From Coniocarpon cinnabarinum (lineage: Eukaryota): 64,000 bases of DNA. The notes below the pieces were generated by a model, which made no database searches, was not told the DNA's origin, and was given only the letters and a program-made list of their open reading frames with translations. The position numbers and the translations under genes are program-made. The stretch is taken from assembly GCA_051942205.1 (NCBI GenBank), contig JAVECO010000008.1, forward strand, positions 1-64,000, read 5' to 3'. Positions 11,741 to 24,486 of the stretch are shown piece after piece (position 1 is the first letter of the stretch; each line of letters begins with the position of its first letter).

Positions 11741-11945
11741 AGACTACTCATTCAACCTGACAAGTCCAATCATGAAGGACAAAGTGTCTCAGCGCAACCA
11801 TAATAAGATTTGTGGGAATTCTCAAAGCCTTCAAGCACTTCCGGCTTGTATGACGAAAATCGCGTCAGGCAAAGCTTTATTAGACTACTGTTGTGATCTG
11901 ACAAGTCTTATCATGAAGAGTCAGAAAGCTTCAGCGCAATCACGG
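11741..11945. repeat. Degenerate direct repeat, 141-bp spacing
   Basis: AGACTACT...CTGACAAGTC..ATCATGAAG...TCAGCGCAA occurs at 11741 and 11882. Confidence 0.6.
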
Positions 11946-13319
11946 TATCATTACCATTGGAATGCGCAGCTTTCGCGCGCAGCCCGACTTCTGCGGCAAA
12001 AGTATTGTCGAATGAATCTGCACCAGACCGCTAGAACGATCTGACAGATCCAGCAGCACAGCTCTCTCAGAAAGACGCATGCAAGATAGCAAGCTGTCTC
12101 GCTGCATATCTATTGAACAACATGAGCCGTATGGTGTCTGATGCCGCTATGCCGTCAACGCTTTCAGCTATTGCGCAGATGGCCTGAACGTTCGAGATCA
12201 ATTTGCCACGTTTCAGCAGGAGCTGCATGCTTGATCTAGCCTTGTGAGAGGTCTTTGATTGCTCTTGCGAAACAGCCTACCCTTCACATACTATGTCCTC
12301 CGCTGCTTCTCAGAAGTGCCGCGGCAAAGCCAGAACTCTCAACACCAGCCATGACCTCCTGCATCTTCCGACCCATTTCACGAGCATCCCCTCTATGAAA
12401 TGCAAGGCGGACACACTATCACGTGGTGCGCACCTCCATTACCACTTTGTCCCTATTCAGAACTTACAACCCAGTAAAATCTCTGGAGATGCAAGGTCGC
12501 AAACATGTCCTGGCACCGAACATGTCGAAGTGTGTTGGCGCCACAAAAGCGTAGTACTTGTCTAGGCATACCTCCTCATTCTCTCTTCTTTACGCACTAA
12601 ATTCAGCATGCCTGCAAAGATCGTGTCTGACTGAGACTGAAAGAGTCTGGTGTATTCTGGCTGGCTGGCGTGAAGGAGGTCACGTAGCAGAAGTTTGTGG
12701 CTCCGGAGATCGTGGCCAGTCAAAATGCTTCAGCGCGATTACTTTGCTATTACCTTGAGTTTTCAGAAGCGAACGGCGATTCTAGATGCAATGGCAAACT
12801 CTTCATAGGTTCTGCCACTGCTTAATTTCTAAGCAAAATGTGGGGGGTCGATAGTATAGTTTGTTTTATGAGGCGCATGCGAGCTAGTTAACTCTCTGCT
12901 CTGCCAGAGATTCGATGAAACTACGAAGTGAGTAGCCTGAGCGCAACTGCACGACGCTAAAGCCGCCACTTCCGGCAAATCAACGATGTAGCGATTATTG
13001 CCCATACATTGACGGGACATAAAACCCAGCAACGACGTCTGCGCCCGACTACTACGTCGCTATGGCTTCACGGGAATTGTCCGCAAGTCCCAGCTTCGAT
13101 CGCCAGAACAAGAGCTTACGAACTGCCCAAACCAAAGGCAGATACCTGTTCCTCGACAGGAGACGCAAGAACATGCTTACCATGCCGATTCAGTGACGTG
13201 GACTAGGCACGCTGGGACTGAACGTGGAGTCAACGAAAATGCGTCCACGAGCTGATAAGATATAACAGTCCAGCAAGGAACGCAACGCGCGTTTCCTGCG
13301 GTGGTGCACTTGCTCCACT

Positions 13320-13880
13320 TCACCCTTGATCTGCTATTGGATTCGCATGAATTATCACTTTCTCTATCTTGATCTGCTGCTGCGGTCTGCTCTTCTCGTT
13401 CGCCTTCACTGCCTCCATTGCATCGAGGACGTCATCTTCGCCTTCGATAACCTTGCCAAAGACTGTATTCTTGCCATCGAGATGTGGAGCCTTGTCGAAG
13501 GTGATGAAGAATTGGCACGCATTTGTCCCTGGACCCTTGTTGGCCATGCTTAGGATCCCACGCGCATTGTGTCGCAACGCTGGACTGATCTCGTCCTCGA
13601 AGTTCTCGCCCCAGATCGAGGCACCTCCCTTGCCTTTACCGCTGGGATCTGGCGATCCGCCCTGGATCATGAAACCAGGGATCGAGCGGTGGAAAAGGGT
13701 ATTATCGTAACGGCCGGAGGCGCAAAGGGCAAGGAAGTTGTATGCGGTCTTGGGCGCGGCGGAACAGAAGAGCTCGACTTTGAGGTCGCCATGACTGGTG
13801 CGTAGCTAGATACTGTCAGCACGCAAGTAGTGTGAAGTCCGCAGACATGCATGGGACCGTTGACATACAGTGACAGACAT
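13320..13880 (-). CDS. CYP10: Cyclophilin-type peptidyl-prolyl isomerase PPIL3/Cyp10, 2 exons (13880-13869, 13805-13320)
   Basis: MSVT|LRTSHGDLKVELFC..PKTAYNFLALCASGRYDNTLFHRSIPGFMIQGG...HNARGILSMANKGPGTN..QFFITF...IHANPIA; intron GTATGT..GCTGAC..TAG. Confidence 0.93.
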
Positions 13881-14594
13881 AGTCAGGTGCCGGTTGGTGA
13901 CTGCGGATAAGACGGTTCAAGTGGGCCGCATAAGCCGCCTGTACTTGACTCGAATGGGCATCATTGAACCCTGGCCGTCCCTGGCGCAAATGTATGGTCT
14001 TGGTGTTATACAGACGGAGCCGCACTAAGCGCGCATTATTATCGACAAGCAGGCTACAAGGCAAGCGCCATGTTGGTTGCGCGTTGACGCAGTGTGACTT
14101 CCGAATGAGGGGAAAGTGAGGGCTAAAGACGGACGACTCGCAAGCTCTCACCCAACTCTCTTACACTCTCTCGACCCACGCTCCGCCGCTGTAACCTCTT
14201 CCTCGCTGGTACCTGAAGCTGACAGATAGCTTGCCGACCAAGAATTGTAATTCTAAGCAGCCCTCTACCATCAGTTGCACACCAGATACCCGCCTTCTAG
14301 CTCCTCACGTTTACGACTACTATGCGAAGCACTGGTGTATCTCACCTGAAGAGCTGCAGGGCCGCTAAGTGCGCCTTGGAGGCTGCATTCGAGATCCCAG
14401 TCTAGCTCCATACCAACTATAACCTCCATATATCAACGTCTACAAGATCCCGCATTGGCTCACTTTAAAAGCGCATCGAAGCGTCGACCACATAAACGAA
14501 CATTGAAGCTCCTTGAAGAACCCTCCACCATTCCGGCCCCAAGGCCGTTCGTCGGTTGGGCGCTCATGCCCACAGGGCGTCACTTACCACCAAG

Positions 14595-15866
14595 ATGACA
14601 TCGGCAATGGTGCGCGTCTCTGGTCCGCCTAACTCGCCATTTCTTGTGGGTTATCCAGGCATTTCTGCTACACTACCTCGAATAGAAGGCAAGGTCGAGA
14701 TCAGACCGCAGGGTGGGATATCAGCCGGCGTGCTTGTATCTCTGGTGACGATATGCCTCCAGCGAAAAGAAACAATCCACCCTTCGGCAGACTCTGTCAC
14801 ACGACGACACCTAGCCGCTCCTCGAAGAGAAATCATCGACACAGTTGGGAAAGAGATGCTGTTATTTCGATGTCGACCGGGCGTGGAGTGTGAAAGCATG
14901 CTGGTGATGGATCTGCCCTTTGTGATATTCATACCGTTTGGGAGAGGCCCGGAGGAGAGCGCGCGACGAGTACCACCAGCGTCGTTACAGCTGCCGTCAA
15001 GAGTAGCAGAAACATTATACGAGCTGGTGGTCACGGTCCAGCAGGGACATCAGGAGTCACAGAAGAAGTTTGCTTTTCCCGTGCCGGTGCTGAGATATGA
15101 CACGCTAAGCACGTTTGGAATGTACAATCGACAAGAGTCAGCAGAGCGTGTTTCAGATCATTTGGTGACGCTGACCATCAGCCTGCCACGGTGGAGCTAC
15201 GGTCCTCTGGACCCCATTACAGTGTACATCAAGCTGACGCCCAACCCCGATTGGCCTAGCAAAGCGCGCAAGGTCACCATCTCAAGGATAAGTATTGGCA
15301 TCGATGAAGAGATCATCTTCAATCCTGAAGGTGACGAGCCGACGCGCAAAACAAAACAGATTGCCAAGCAAGGCCAGCAGGTTGGGGTGAAAATGCCTGA
15401 AGCTGGGTACTTGACCAGTCTGGGTCTGATATTCCCATGTCGAGATCCTAGGGATAGCGAAGGTATTATCACGAGGCAGAAGAAAGAGTTCCCTATGTAT
15501 GCGGTGACCGGTTTCACCACAACGGGGACACTTTACAAGATCGAATACTACCTCTTCGTCAAGGTATGAGCTTTTCGCGAGTGCATTCACTTACACTTTC
15601 GAGTGTCTAATGCTGTGTTACAGGCGTCGCTATCAGGTGCTAAGGACATCATACTTCGACAGCCGATTGTGGTCTGCCCATTTGATCACACCAGTTGCAA
15701 GGAAGAAATGATAGCCATTGAGCAAGCCGCAAAAGACGCAGCGAAGATCGACCCACACAATCCGTTATTGCCACTACCGCGCATTGTTCGCTCGACTGAG
15801 CCAGGAGGCATGCGTTGTCTGGGTGTGTCAATGGTGGAGGGTCATCGAAAACCGCTGATTGAGTGA
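14595..15866 (+). CDS. Conserved fungal arrestin-fold-like protein, 2 exons (14595-15563, 15624-15866)
   Basis: Long ORF MVRVSGPPNSPFLVGYPGISATLPRIEGKVEIRP..., with beta-rich segments (YELVVTV, PITVYIKL, YKIEYYLFVK). Intron GTATGA..CTAAT..CAG joins in frame. The arrestin assignment is from recall. Confidence 0.7.
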
Positions 15867-16449
15867 GCCATGACCAGAATCGAAACCTATCACTGAAACC
15901 CAACCCGTGCGACGCCCACCACAATGTGGATTGGTGAGTCAATCCTTCGGCCATGCAACCGGCTTAGAAGACCATGTGTGGAAGTCCCTTCATCCAACAC
16001 TTGAACTTGGATTTGACTTAAGCCATGCTCGACTGTTACAGGAACCCCACTTCGCTTCCTCACATGACTGTCAGCGAGCACTACAACTCTTCATGTCTCA
16101 CAAACGAGAACCATCGAAAAGTCACGATACCCAACTCCACCCACCCACCACCCCGCCAGTCTTCATATTGGATCTACATCGACCGACGAAAGTTGTACGA
16201 TATACCAAAACATGAGTACTCGCTCACGTTGCTGAGCGCAGCTTGGACATAGGAAGGAGCTTAATGTGGACGAAATGCACACGTACGTAGAAATAACGAA
16301 ATATGAATAGCGAAGGCGCTGTGTGAATCTTTTCAGTCGCAGCTGCTTCAAATTTACACATGCATTCCCAGGGCATTGGTAGTCGCATTTGACATTCTTA
16401 TTTGCCCTCCTCGAGTTGAATACTCAGCCGTGTATTGCCAGGGTGGCGA

Positions 16450-16489
16450 AGGGCGGTAGCAAAAGCAGGGCGGTAGCAAAAGCAGGGCG
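16450..16489. repeat. Perfect 17-bp tandem repeat, about 2.3 copies
   Basis: AGGGCGGTAGCAAAAGC twice, then AGGGCG. Confidence 0.9.
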
Positions 16490-17089
16490 TTAAGAGCAGA
16501 GTGATAAAGAGTATTTGCCCGAGCATTATTGGCGCTTTATATCTCAAGCACGGAAACTCTTCCATGCTAAGTTCCGCTATAGCTGATATATGTTACGCTG
16601 CACCTGGGAAGACTAGCAACGACTTTTGTCTACGACCGAGAGACACCTGGCCCTTCGACGTGTCAACAGCAAAGGTCAAGCATAGTACGAAAATTCTGGC
16701 CTAGACTGTGCAGCGCGAACCTGAGATTGTTCTTCGACGGTCACTGGAAATTTCAAGACTTGATCGAGACTTTTTCAAGGCCTTGAATCATGAACTGTTG
16801 ATGCTGGACTTGATCAAGCTGGTTTCTACGGGACAGCGAGGCAAGACAATGGATCCATAGCAAAGCTATTGCTATTTATCAGTCTAGGCAGCACCTCTAC
16901 TATAAGTAGATGTCTGGATACAGCTAGGGATTCAGTGGCGAAAGCTTCCTGCATCATTTAAGATGCTAAGTCGTGGTGATTTATGTGCTGTCACAAATGG
17001 TGCGAGTCACAACAGGGCATATGCCAGCTCATATATGCTCGATCAGCGAAGATATAGTCGGTCTGCCACTCCGCGGAAACGTGTGGCGC

Positions 17090-17483
17090 TGCTAAAGACC
17101 TCAAGCACAAAGCTGGCACACCCAGGACACCATTAGACACAACATCACAAGTAACTTTGCGTCTGCACATGCTTCTGCAGCTGTGCTTCGAACCTCCACC
17201 TTCTCTCTCTTCTCCTCCTCCTTCTTCTTCTCCTTCTCCATCGTCGTTTTCGTCGTCATACCATTTTTTAAACGATGTGATCAACCGTGATAAAACAATG
17301 GCAGAGACTTGCGCCCGCCAAAGACGGCGGCGGCAGCGAAGTACGAGTAGGGACGGTTGCAGCTCGTGTCCCATTTTGATGCCATTGAAACCGTGAGCAA
17401 TCGCACAGCCAATGTGCGATAGGCGAAATTTTACGCTGAAAGCAGGAGACGGAGAGGCTGCCATTTTTGATTGATTGATTCAT
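17090..17483 (-). repeat. Copy B of the degenerate dispersed duplicate (copy A at 9754-10093)
   Basis: Minus strand AATCAATCAATCAAAAATGGCAGC..TTCAGCGTAAAA..GATTGCTCAC, a GA-rich tract, and GCACAGCTGCAGAAGCATGTGCAGACG. Confidence 0.6.
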
Positions 17484-17714
17484 TGGGCTTTGCCTAAAAC
17501 CTTGACGTTAGTGGACTGCTTACCGACAATAGAATCACTTCTCAAAGCATGGATGCACGCACTCAAGGGTTTCTGAAGCGTGATGGCAAGGGAAAAAATA
17601 TGAAGGAGGCATAAAACTACGGGTCGAATGGAATCGTGATCTGTGCGCAACGTGCTCTACCAAGGTATCACACACATGCTTCATTGCTAGAAGCGGTGAT
17701 CATAGGAAAACCTT

Positions 17715-18250
17715 AGATGAAAGTACTTGCCGTACCACCATTCAGCGTCTAGTAAATCGTAGAGATCTTTCGCCATGGTACCGACTGCTTTGTGGTCTGA
17801 TATCTTTATATCGAACAAGCTTCTTGTCTGAATCAATACCAGGGAAAGACCTTTACCTACTACCCCGAAAGAACAGTAATCGCCCCGTCTGAATTTGGCG
17901 CCTATGGAGATGTAGAGGCATTTCGCCACCGTACTGATAGTTGAGTGGTATGACATTTGCTTATTGGGAAGGCTCGTTGCCTAGGTCAAAACCTGGCAAT
18001 GGCCTCTGGACAAGATCCTTGAATTAAAGTACTTGCCACACTACAATGCAACACCTTGTGAGATGTTTTAGTCTTTCGCCATCGTACTGATAGCTATATA
18101 GCTCGATAATTTCCTCATCGAAAAGGCTCTTTGCCCAGATCAAAAATTGGCAATAACTTTTTTCTACTGACCTATGAGCGAGAGTACTTTGCAGGACTCC
18201 TATTTAGCGCTTTGTAAGGGATAGAGGCCATCGCCATCGCACTAGTAGCT
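17715..18250. repeat. Degenerate tandem array, about 153-bp unit, about 4 copies
   Basis: Anchor TCGCCA(T/C)(G/C)G(T/C)AC with CGCC at 17771, 17924, 18077 and 18232; an AGTACTT motif lies upstream in three units. Confidence 0.75.
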
Positions 18251-18780
18251 AGATGCGCCGGTAAATATGCATCGAAGAGGCTGATCGCCAATCTCCCCCG
18301 CAGACAGCAGATCTGAGGCGCAAATGAGGGCGCATGAAGCCTAAATTTTGGAGCAAGTGGGCCTTTCGGGCAGTTCAGTCGTTAGGGTGCTCTAATCGTA
18401 GCTGCTGCACGACTTCACAGATCCTTTCGCTGCGTGAGTAGAGACGCAGGACAAAGTACGACCCTGAATCTGCGAGCAAACACTATGACTACACGGCGAA
18501 GGTCAGTTACCAATACAGGCGCTGGGATGACTCCACTGTCCTGGATCGTTGCTGTCATGCAGAAGTATTACTCAACCAGTATTGCGACACATCGAGTTCT
18601 CTGAGTAGCCTTATGTTCATCTTCTGTTTTGCATATTCTCTCTAGTATTCAGCACCGTGTTAAATTCCAGGAACCCAGCAAATAGACGCAATGATCACGC
18701 TGAAGCATTTTGAATGGTCGCGAACGGTTTACCGAGAGGCAAAGTTGACCTGTCCACAGTCCTCACCACTTCATCGAACG

Positions 18781-20157
18781 CTAGATCTTTGCCGTTTCCT
18801 GCTTCTCCGTTTGTCCTCGATAAACACCCCTGTCCCTCGTTTTGGCTTCCCGGGTACGTCTTGCTAAATCTTGCGCTTCATCTAACGTCAGACTTATTAA
18901 CTTCCTGATATCCTCAGCACTCATATCTTTTTCTTCTAGTTTGCCGAGTCGCACATGCACTCCGCCACCCTTAAGGCCCTTTCCCTTCGCCAGATCCAAG
19001 ATAGCCTCAGCCCAAGCACGCATACACCGCTTGCTTTGTGGCAAAACGGGCATGACCGTCGCGAACGCGTGAGTCATTCCCTCGTACTCCTCCCATCTCA
19101 CCGTCACACCTTGCTCGCTTAGATTCTTCGCCAGCAACCGTGCACTATCGCTGGATTTCTCCTCTAAACCCACGGTGGTCCAAACAGGTGGGCATCCCTT
19201 CCAGTCCCGGCAGAACACCACGCTATGCAACGGATGACCTGTCGCACTCCAGTCACCCCACAGTGGACCGCGTGGAGGAACAGACGGCCAGTATGGCTCA
19301 TTGGGCCAGCTGGGAAGGTACCAAGGTTCAATTGCAGCAGCGAGCCAGTCGCGTGTGTGGGTTGTTCCAGAAGGAAGCGACAGGACAAGCTCGGCCGAGA
19401 TAGAGAGGATTGCGAGGCCTGAAGGTAGCGAAACGGGGACAGCCCTGCCGTGGATGGTGATACTCTTGATGCTATTGCGCTGCAGGTGCAGAAGAAATTG
19501 CATAAGAGCAACACAGAGAATGGCACCTGCTGACTCGCCAGCTATGACAATGCGATCAGGTGAGACTGGCGCATGCAGTGAGCCTGGAGGAGGCGCAAGC
19601 AATGCGAAGTAGACGGTGATGATGTCGAGGAGCATGTGAGGGATAGTCCATTGCGGTGCCAGTCGATGATTGACCGTGATGAAGCGTGCATTGGCAAGAC
19701 CACTCAGCCGTTTGACAGCTGTGCGAGCAGAGACTGTACTCCCAAGCAGAAATCCTCCACCCTGAACGTACAGCACAGTCGGACCATCCCCGGTATCCTT
19801 CAGAAGACGCGCGTACTTCTCTGAATCGGTCAGCTCTGGCTCGGGTGCTTTTAGATCTGTCACGCCGGCACGTCGTCCGGTCCACTCGATGTGAAGTGGG
19901 TCGGGAGAGTACCGAGGATCGTCAATTTGCTCGAAGCCTTCGCCCAGCTGTTTGTATGCCTCAGATAAGCGATCGCGCAAGTCAGACTCGGGTGGCATTG
20001 GCAGAGAACTGCGACAGACCCAAATGGGACCAGTTGCGCCTCGATCGGAGCGTATCAGTTTCTGAGCCTTGTGAATGGGTCCCATTCGCTTGAGAGCATC
20101 CTTGCTTTGACGAGTATACTCATCTATAATGGCGTTCTGCTCCCTCGATGTCGCCAT
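18781..20157 (-). CDS. Alpha/beta hydrolase, hormone-sensitive-lipase-like (abhydrolase_3) family
   Basis: VLYVQGGGF (HGGG variant), HRLAPQ, nucleophile elbow AGESAGA, C-terminal YEGMTHAF; 458-aa single ORF. Confidence 0.88.
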   Translation of the reverse strand: MATSREQNAIIDEYTRQSKDALKRMGPIHKAQKLIRSDRGATGPIWVCRSSLPMPPESDLRDRLSEAYKQLGEGFEQIDDPRYSPDPLHIEWTGRRAGVTDLKAPEPELTDSEKYARLLKDTGDGPTVLYVQGGGFLLGSTVSARTAVKRLSGLANARFITVNHRLAPQWTIPHMLLDIITVYFALLAPPPGSLHAPVSPDRIVIAGESAGAILCVALMQFLLHLQRNSIKSITIHGRAVPVSLPSGLAILSISAELVLSLPSGTTHTRDWLAAAIEPWYLPSWPNEPYWPSVPPRGPLWGDWSATGHPLHSVVFCRDWKGCPPVWTTVGLEEKSSDSARLLAKNLSEQGVTVRWEEYEGMTHAFATVMPVLPQSKRCMRAWAEAILDLAKGKGLKGGGVHVRLGKLEEKDMSAEDIRKLISLTLDEAQDLARRTREAKTRDRGVYRGQTEKQETAKI

Positions 20158-21424
20158 CTTCGCTCCCTATAATGTGAGCTTGAAAAGGTTGTCGACACCC
20201 GAGTACTGCAGAAAATGAAGAAGGCCATGCCGCAAGTAGTATGCCTCGCAAACCAATCTCGCCAGACGCTTATCCTAGGGCGGTAGACGCGGACGAAGCC
20301 AGCACAAAACAGGTAAACAGTCGAAGCAGGTCACGGATGTGGGCGGGAGCAACGGGAGACGATGCAGAAAGCTGGGGAGCGCGCGGAACACGGAGAAGGC
20401 GAGCTGCTTTTGATTCCGGCTTGCCGAGACATTATGTATAACACTGATGTAGCAAAATTGAAACTCATCTATGCTCATATGGGAGCTCATAATTGCGAGG
20501 AGCGCCGTGAGATCTTTCGGACGAGAAATCCAACCGGCCGAAATGATGGCCCCAGAGATGCATAAAACTGTCGTAACCGCCACACCGCGTGCCACTCATC
20601 TCAAACTTCTACGTGCATTGTTTTTCCAACTCAAGCTTGGGATCCATGCATAGTATGCTCACATACATTCCTCAAGATGCTGCTTGATAACCGTCGCTAA
20701 TATTCCTGGGGTCACGAGAAGGTACTGTCTCATCCCATGTCGTAAGACCACAAAGCGCTAACACTCTCTGTTTGGGAGTGCGTCTGGGTGGCAAGACTGA
20801 TTACATACAGATGCTAGGCAATGTCTTCCGGTCTCCAATAATCGAATGTCAACTTGCATGTGATCTTCGTACAATGACGCTCCGACAAAAGTTGTCTCGC
20901 TCCAGGACGTCTTACCAACACCGTGGACTCGTATTCCAGCCGACATGGCTAAGACCAGCTTGCTCTACCAACTAAGGACCGTCAATCACATGCGCAGCCC
21001 ATCCGTGAATGCTTATGGAATTGGCCCTCCACAGTATGAGACTTCCGATGAAATTTTGTAGCAAGACTTGTGTGCATTGCCCTCGCAGGTCGTCTGTCAA
21101 TCTTCGCGCTAGACTTTCTACGATGTCATTCAAGCCGTAGCGCAGGATGCATGAAACACGTATGTGCGTACGTAAGGTTTGTGTGTACCTGATTCAATAC
21201 GAACACAATCAGCGGAGCCATCACCCACAGAGTGTCTTTGACGTGGAATCCGCCCAATGTTCCACTCCGAGACGCAGAAGTCCCAAATGTGCGACATGTG
21301 GCCACATTCTGTTAACTGGTAAGGCCACATCTTTGCATGCTCGACTCGTGTATTTAAGCTGTGTAAGGGAACGTGATGTTTGCGACATGCAAGATAGAAT
21401 AACACACCTATACAACACACAAAA

Positions 21425-22451
21425 ATGGCTTCCTCAAGTCGGGCGCCGCCGAATCGAAACAATAGCATTCCCGACGAGGAGCTACAAAGGAGGGTGGAAG
21501 AGACTGGCGCACCGCGTGCGCAGATGCCCCGCGCGGCGAAGTTGAAGGTGACGAACCCAAGCGGATTCGAGTCCTCTTCGTCGTCGTCTGGCGAGGCCCC
21601 GGTACCGTCTGCACCAATCGATTTCAACAACGACAGTGAGGTCCATCGGTATGAGCGGGACCTTGAGGTCAAAGGACAGTCCGTCCCATTGTATAAGCTG
21701 AATGACGCACACATGCACGAGACGCATCATATGACCGACATGTTTATGAAATTCATGAAGACCGACCCGAACGAGAAGATGGAGAGCCGTGCACGGGAAG
21801 AGCTTCCACGAAAGATGGAAGAGTTTATAGAAACTGGGAAAGCGACGAGTTTCGTAAGAGCTGCGATTGTGTGAGTACTCGAGACGATGCGATGGCGCCT
21901 TGTATTACACTCTGAGAGGTGGTCACCCCCATACTAACGATCACAGGTCGGAGTGGAAGTACCACAAGCAGATCCACTTCAAGGCAAACCTGTACACGGA
22001 GCGTAAGGAAACAATGCAAGGCAGCTCCAAGAAAACTGCCATTAAGGAAGGGACCATCTTGTACGTGTACGTGGCCTTGCACGAAGGTAAGGACCAGGCA
22101 AAGATGGACAAAATCGACCCAGCGTATGATTCGGACAGTAGCGGCGACCAGTCACTGTTTTCCAAGGGCGCCAGGCACGCGGCGAAAGGTGCGGCAGGGT
22201 TTCTCACCCTCCCTAGCAAAGTAAGCAGCAGCGCAAGTAGTGCGGTCAGTAGTTTGAAGAGTCCGACTGGGAGTTTCAGGAGTTATGGAAGTGGAAAGAG
22301 CAAGAAAAAGGGTAAGGGCGACGGCTCGGGCGGCTTTCAGGTGAAGAGAGTTGGGCAAAGACAATATGAGGACGCCCGTGAGAGGTATGACCAGCCCCCT
22401 ACCAGCGCAGGTCTGAGCAATCCCGCGCACTCGGGCGACGAACGAGAGTAG
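21425..22451 (+). CDS. Hypothetical protein, 2 exons (21425-21870, 21947-22451)
   Basis: Two ORFs join in frame via GTGAGT(21871)..ACTAAC..CAG(21946). Good start context (AAAAATGG). No family recognised. Confidence 0.75.
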
Positions 22452-23232
22452 TCAAGCTGACGGTCTCACATGAGCATTCTGGCGACAATGTAGGTGTTCG
22501 AATGCTATGGGAAAGATTCGATCTGTCAACGGAGAAAAAGTTTGCACGTAGCTGTTCTCGCAGCAGAACCATAGCTTTGAAAGTCTTAGTCAGAATCCTG
22601 TGTCTGTCTGTCATACTGCTCGTTCCTATAAGGCGTCTGCGTAGAAACAAGATAGCTGGTCGTAGTGCATTGCTAGCAACTTCCTTTTGCTGCTCGCTTA
22701 TCGAGACATGAGTGCATGATTTGATTCTGAACGAGTCGTCTCTCTCGCCTCAGGTACAAAGTCGCAGTGCCAGACGCGAAAACGCTGCTTCTTCGTGCAG
22801 GACTAAGTCGTTTGTTACTCTCCCCAACGCCTTGCTGTCTACCGAAAACACCACCCAGCCCAATATACAAGCAAAACCGCAAACCCACACACCAGTCTCA
22901 GCTTGCCCAGACCCCCAATCAGCCAGTCTGCAATTTGGAAATGCAATAAGCAACTGAAACTTCTGCCTGGTGGACTCAATGTTCGCCCAGGTATAGGTCC
23001 AGAATCCACCAAAGGACCGGGCACGCCGGGATGGAATTGTTTGTGCCTAAATATTGAGGCTCAAAATAAGTTACGGCCCTGCGGCATTGGAATCTACCTA
23101 TTGTTTTCTAACTAGGTAGCTCGTTACGTACCAGCGCCTGGCAATGTCAGATCGACGAACGTACACGTGGTAGGGTAGACTGATTAGGTCACCACTATTT
23201 TACATCCTCTTCGATCCTAAGCGTCTAGCAAG

Positions 23233-24354
23233 ATGGTCCTCGACGAGGCTTCTCCCACTGCTCCAGACTCGTTCGCAACCACCGACGGTCCTCAGAATGA
23301 CTTCGACTCGTTTTCCTCCGCTTCGCCTGACACGCCGCCTCGCAGCTCGACCGCCAAAATCCCCGATTCTATAGACTTCACACAATTACCTCGATCAATG
23401 CCAATCGCCGGTCCGCTTCTGGGCTATACCGAGACACATCTGCGCTCTCTCATCGAGTTTGACGCTCGCACCATGTCCGCTGTCATGCAGCGTCCGCTAA
23501 CGCTCCCAGAATGGGAGGCCAGTGCCTTTCATATGGCGAAGCTGGAATCTTACGCTTCCTACGGCTGGCCGCTCGGTATGGCATGGGGAGCTTATCGCGC
23601 TCAACGAACGATGCATGAGTGGCGATTCCCAATGTACAAGCCCAACCTAGAAAAAATTGGTCGAGAGCGATTCGATCGATTTCTGAGCCTGAGAGGCGAA
23701 ATGGCTCGCGGAGCATGGCATAGTATGCGATTTGGTTTGTACATGGGTGCGTTTGGAGCTCTGTCCAAGTTGGTAATCACCTTCTTTGGATTGAATGTGG
23801 CACTCATGGGGCAAAGAGTGGATACGCGGTTGAAAAACTTTTGGGATACATTGAGGTCCCTAGATCAAGAGGAGATCCGAGCAAGAAGACTACACGGGGC
23901 CAGTCTACCGTCGTTTAACGCAAGTGCTGAGGACCAGGAAAATCTAGATGTTGCAGCAGATGTAGAGGCTATGGACGATAGCACGGAGAGGAGACAGCCA
24001 TCTCGGCCCACAGATGATCAGAGCGTGTGGGGTCGCCGGAGAGCCGCTGCTGCCAAAGGCGAGCTGCCAACACCAGCAAGTCCACCATCATCGGCGGCAA
24101 ATGCACCGCAGGAAACCAGCTCAAGCTTCGAGTTTGACGATGCTAGCCCACAGGCCAAAGGGGACCCGCAGCCGCAGCCAAAGGTTGGCTCGCAGGAAAC
24201 TGCATGGGATCGCTTGAGGCGGGGCAATGGAGCGCAGCCAGCAACGTCGCCACCGCAGCAAACAAGGCCGCTTCAGGGTGCGCAAGGGGATGCTTGGGCC
24301 AACCTCAGAAGAGGCGCCGAGGATGAGACGTCATCCGAAGATAACATGAGATGA
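23233..24354 (+). CDS. Conserved fungal hypothetical protein with hydrophobic segments and a disordered C-terminus
   Basis: 373-aa ORF; RPLT..E..A..FH, WRFPMYKP, two moderately hydrophobic stretches, repeated DDASP and AW.xLRR motifs. Confidence 0.75.
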   Translation: MVLDEASPTAPDSFATTDGPQNDFDSFSSASPDTPPRSSTAKIPDSIDFTQLPRSMPIAGPLLGYTETHLRSLIEFDARTMSAVMQRPLTLPEWEASAFHMAKLESYASYGWPLGMAWGAYRAQRTMHEWRFPMYKPNLEKIGRERFDRFLSLRGEMARGAWHSMRFGLYMGAFGALSKLVITFFGLNVALMGQRVDTRLKNFWDTLRSLDQEEIRARRLHGASLPSFNASAEDQENLDVAADVEAMDDSTERRQPSRPTDDQSVWGRRRAAAAKGELPTPASPPSSAANAPQETSSSFEFDDASPQAKGDPQPQPKVGSQETAWDRLRRGNGAQPATSPPQQTRPLQGAQGDAWANLRRGAEDETSSEDNMR

Positions 24355-24486
24355 GTGGAAGTCCGCATGCAATACATCCCAAGCACCAGAGGCTCGCAAG
24401 AGTGTATCCTGCAGGAACCGATTTTTCCAAGCCAATGGAAATGAATGGGCGCGAATGTCATCAATATGCCCTGACGGCATCAGGTC

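Noticed and set aside
19740..19775. QGGG instead of HGGG in the HSL-like hydrolase
   Set aside because: The oxyanion glycines, GESAG serine and C-terminal His are retained; this is a minor variant.
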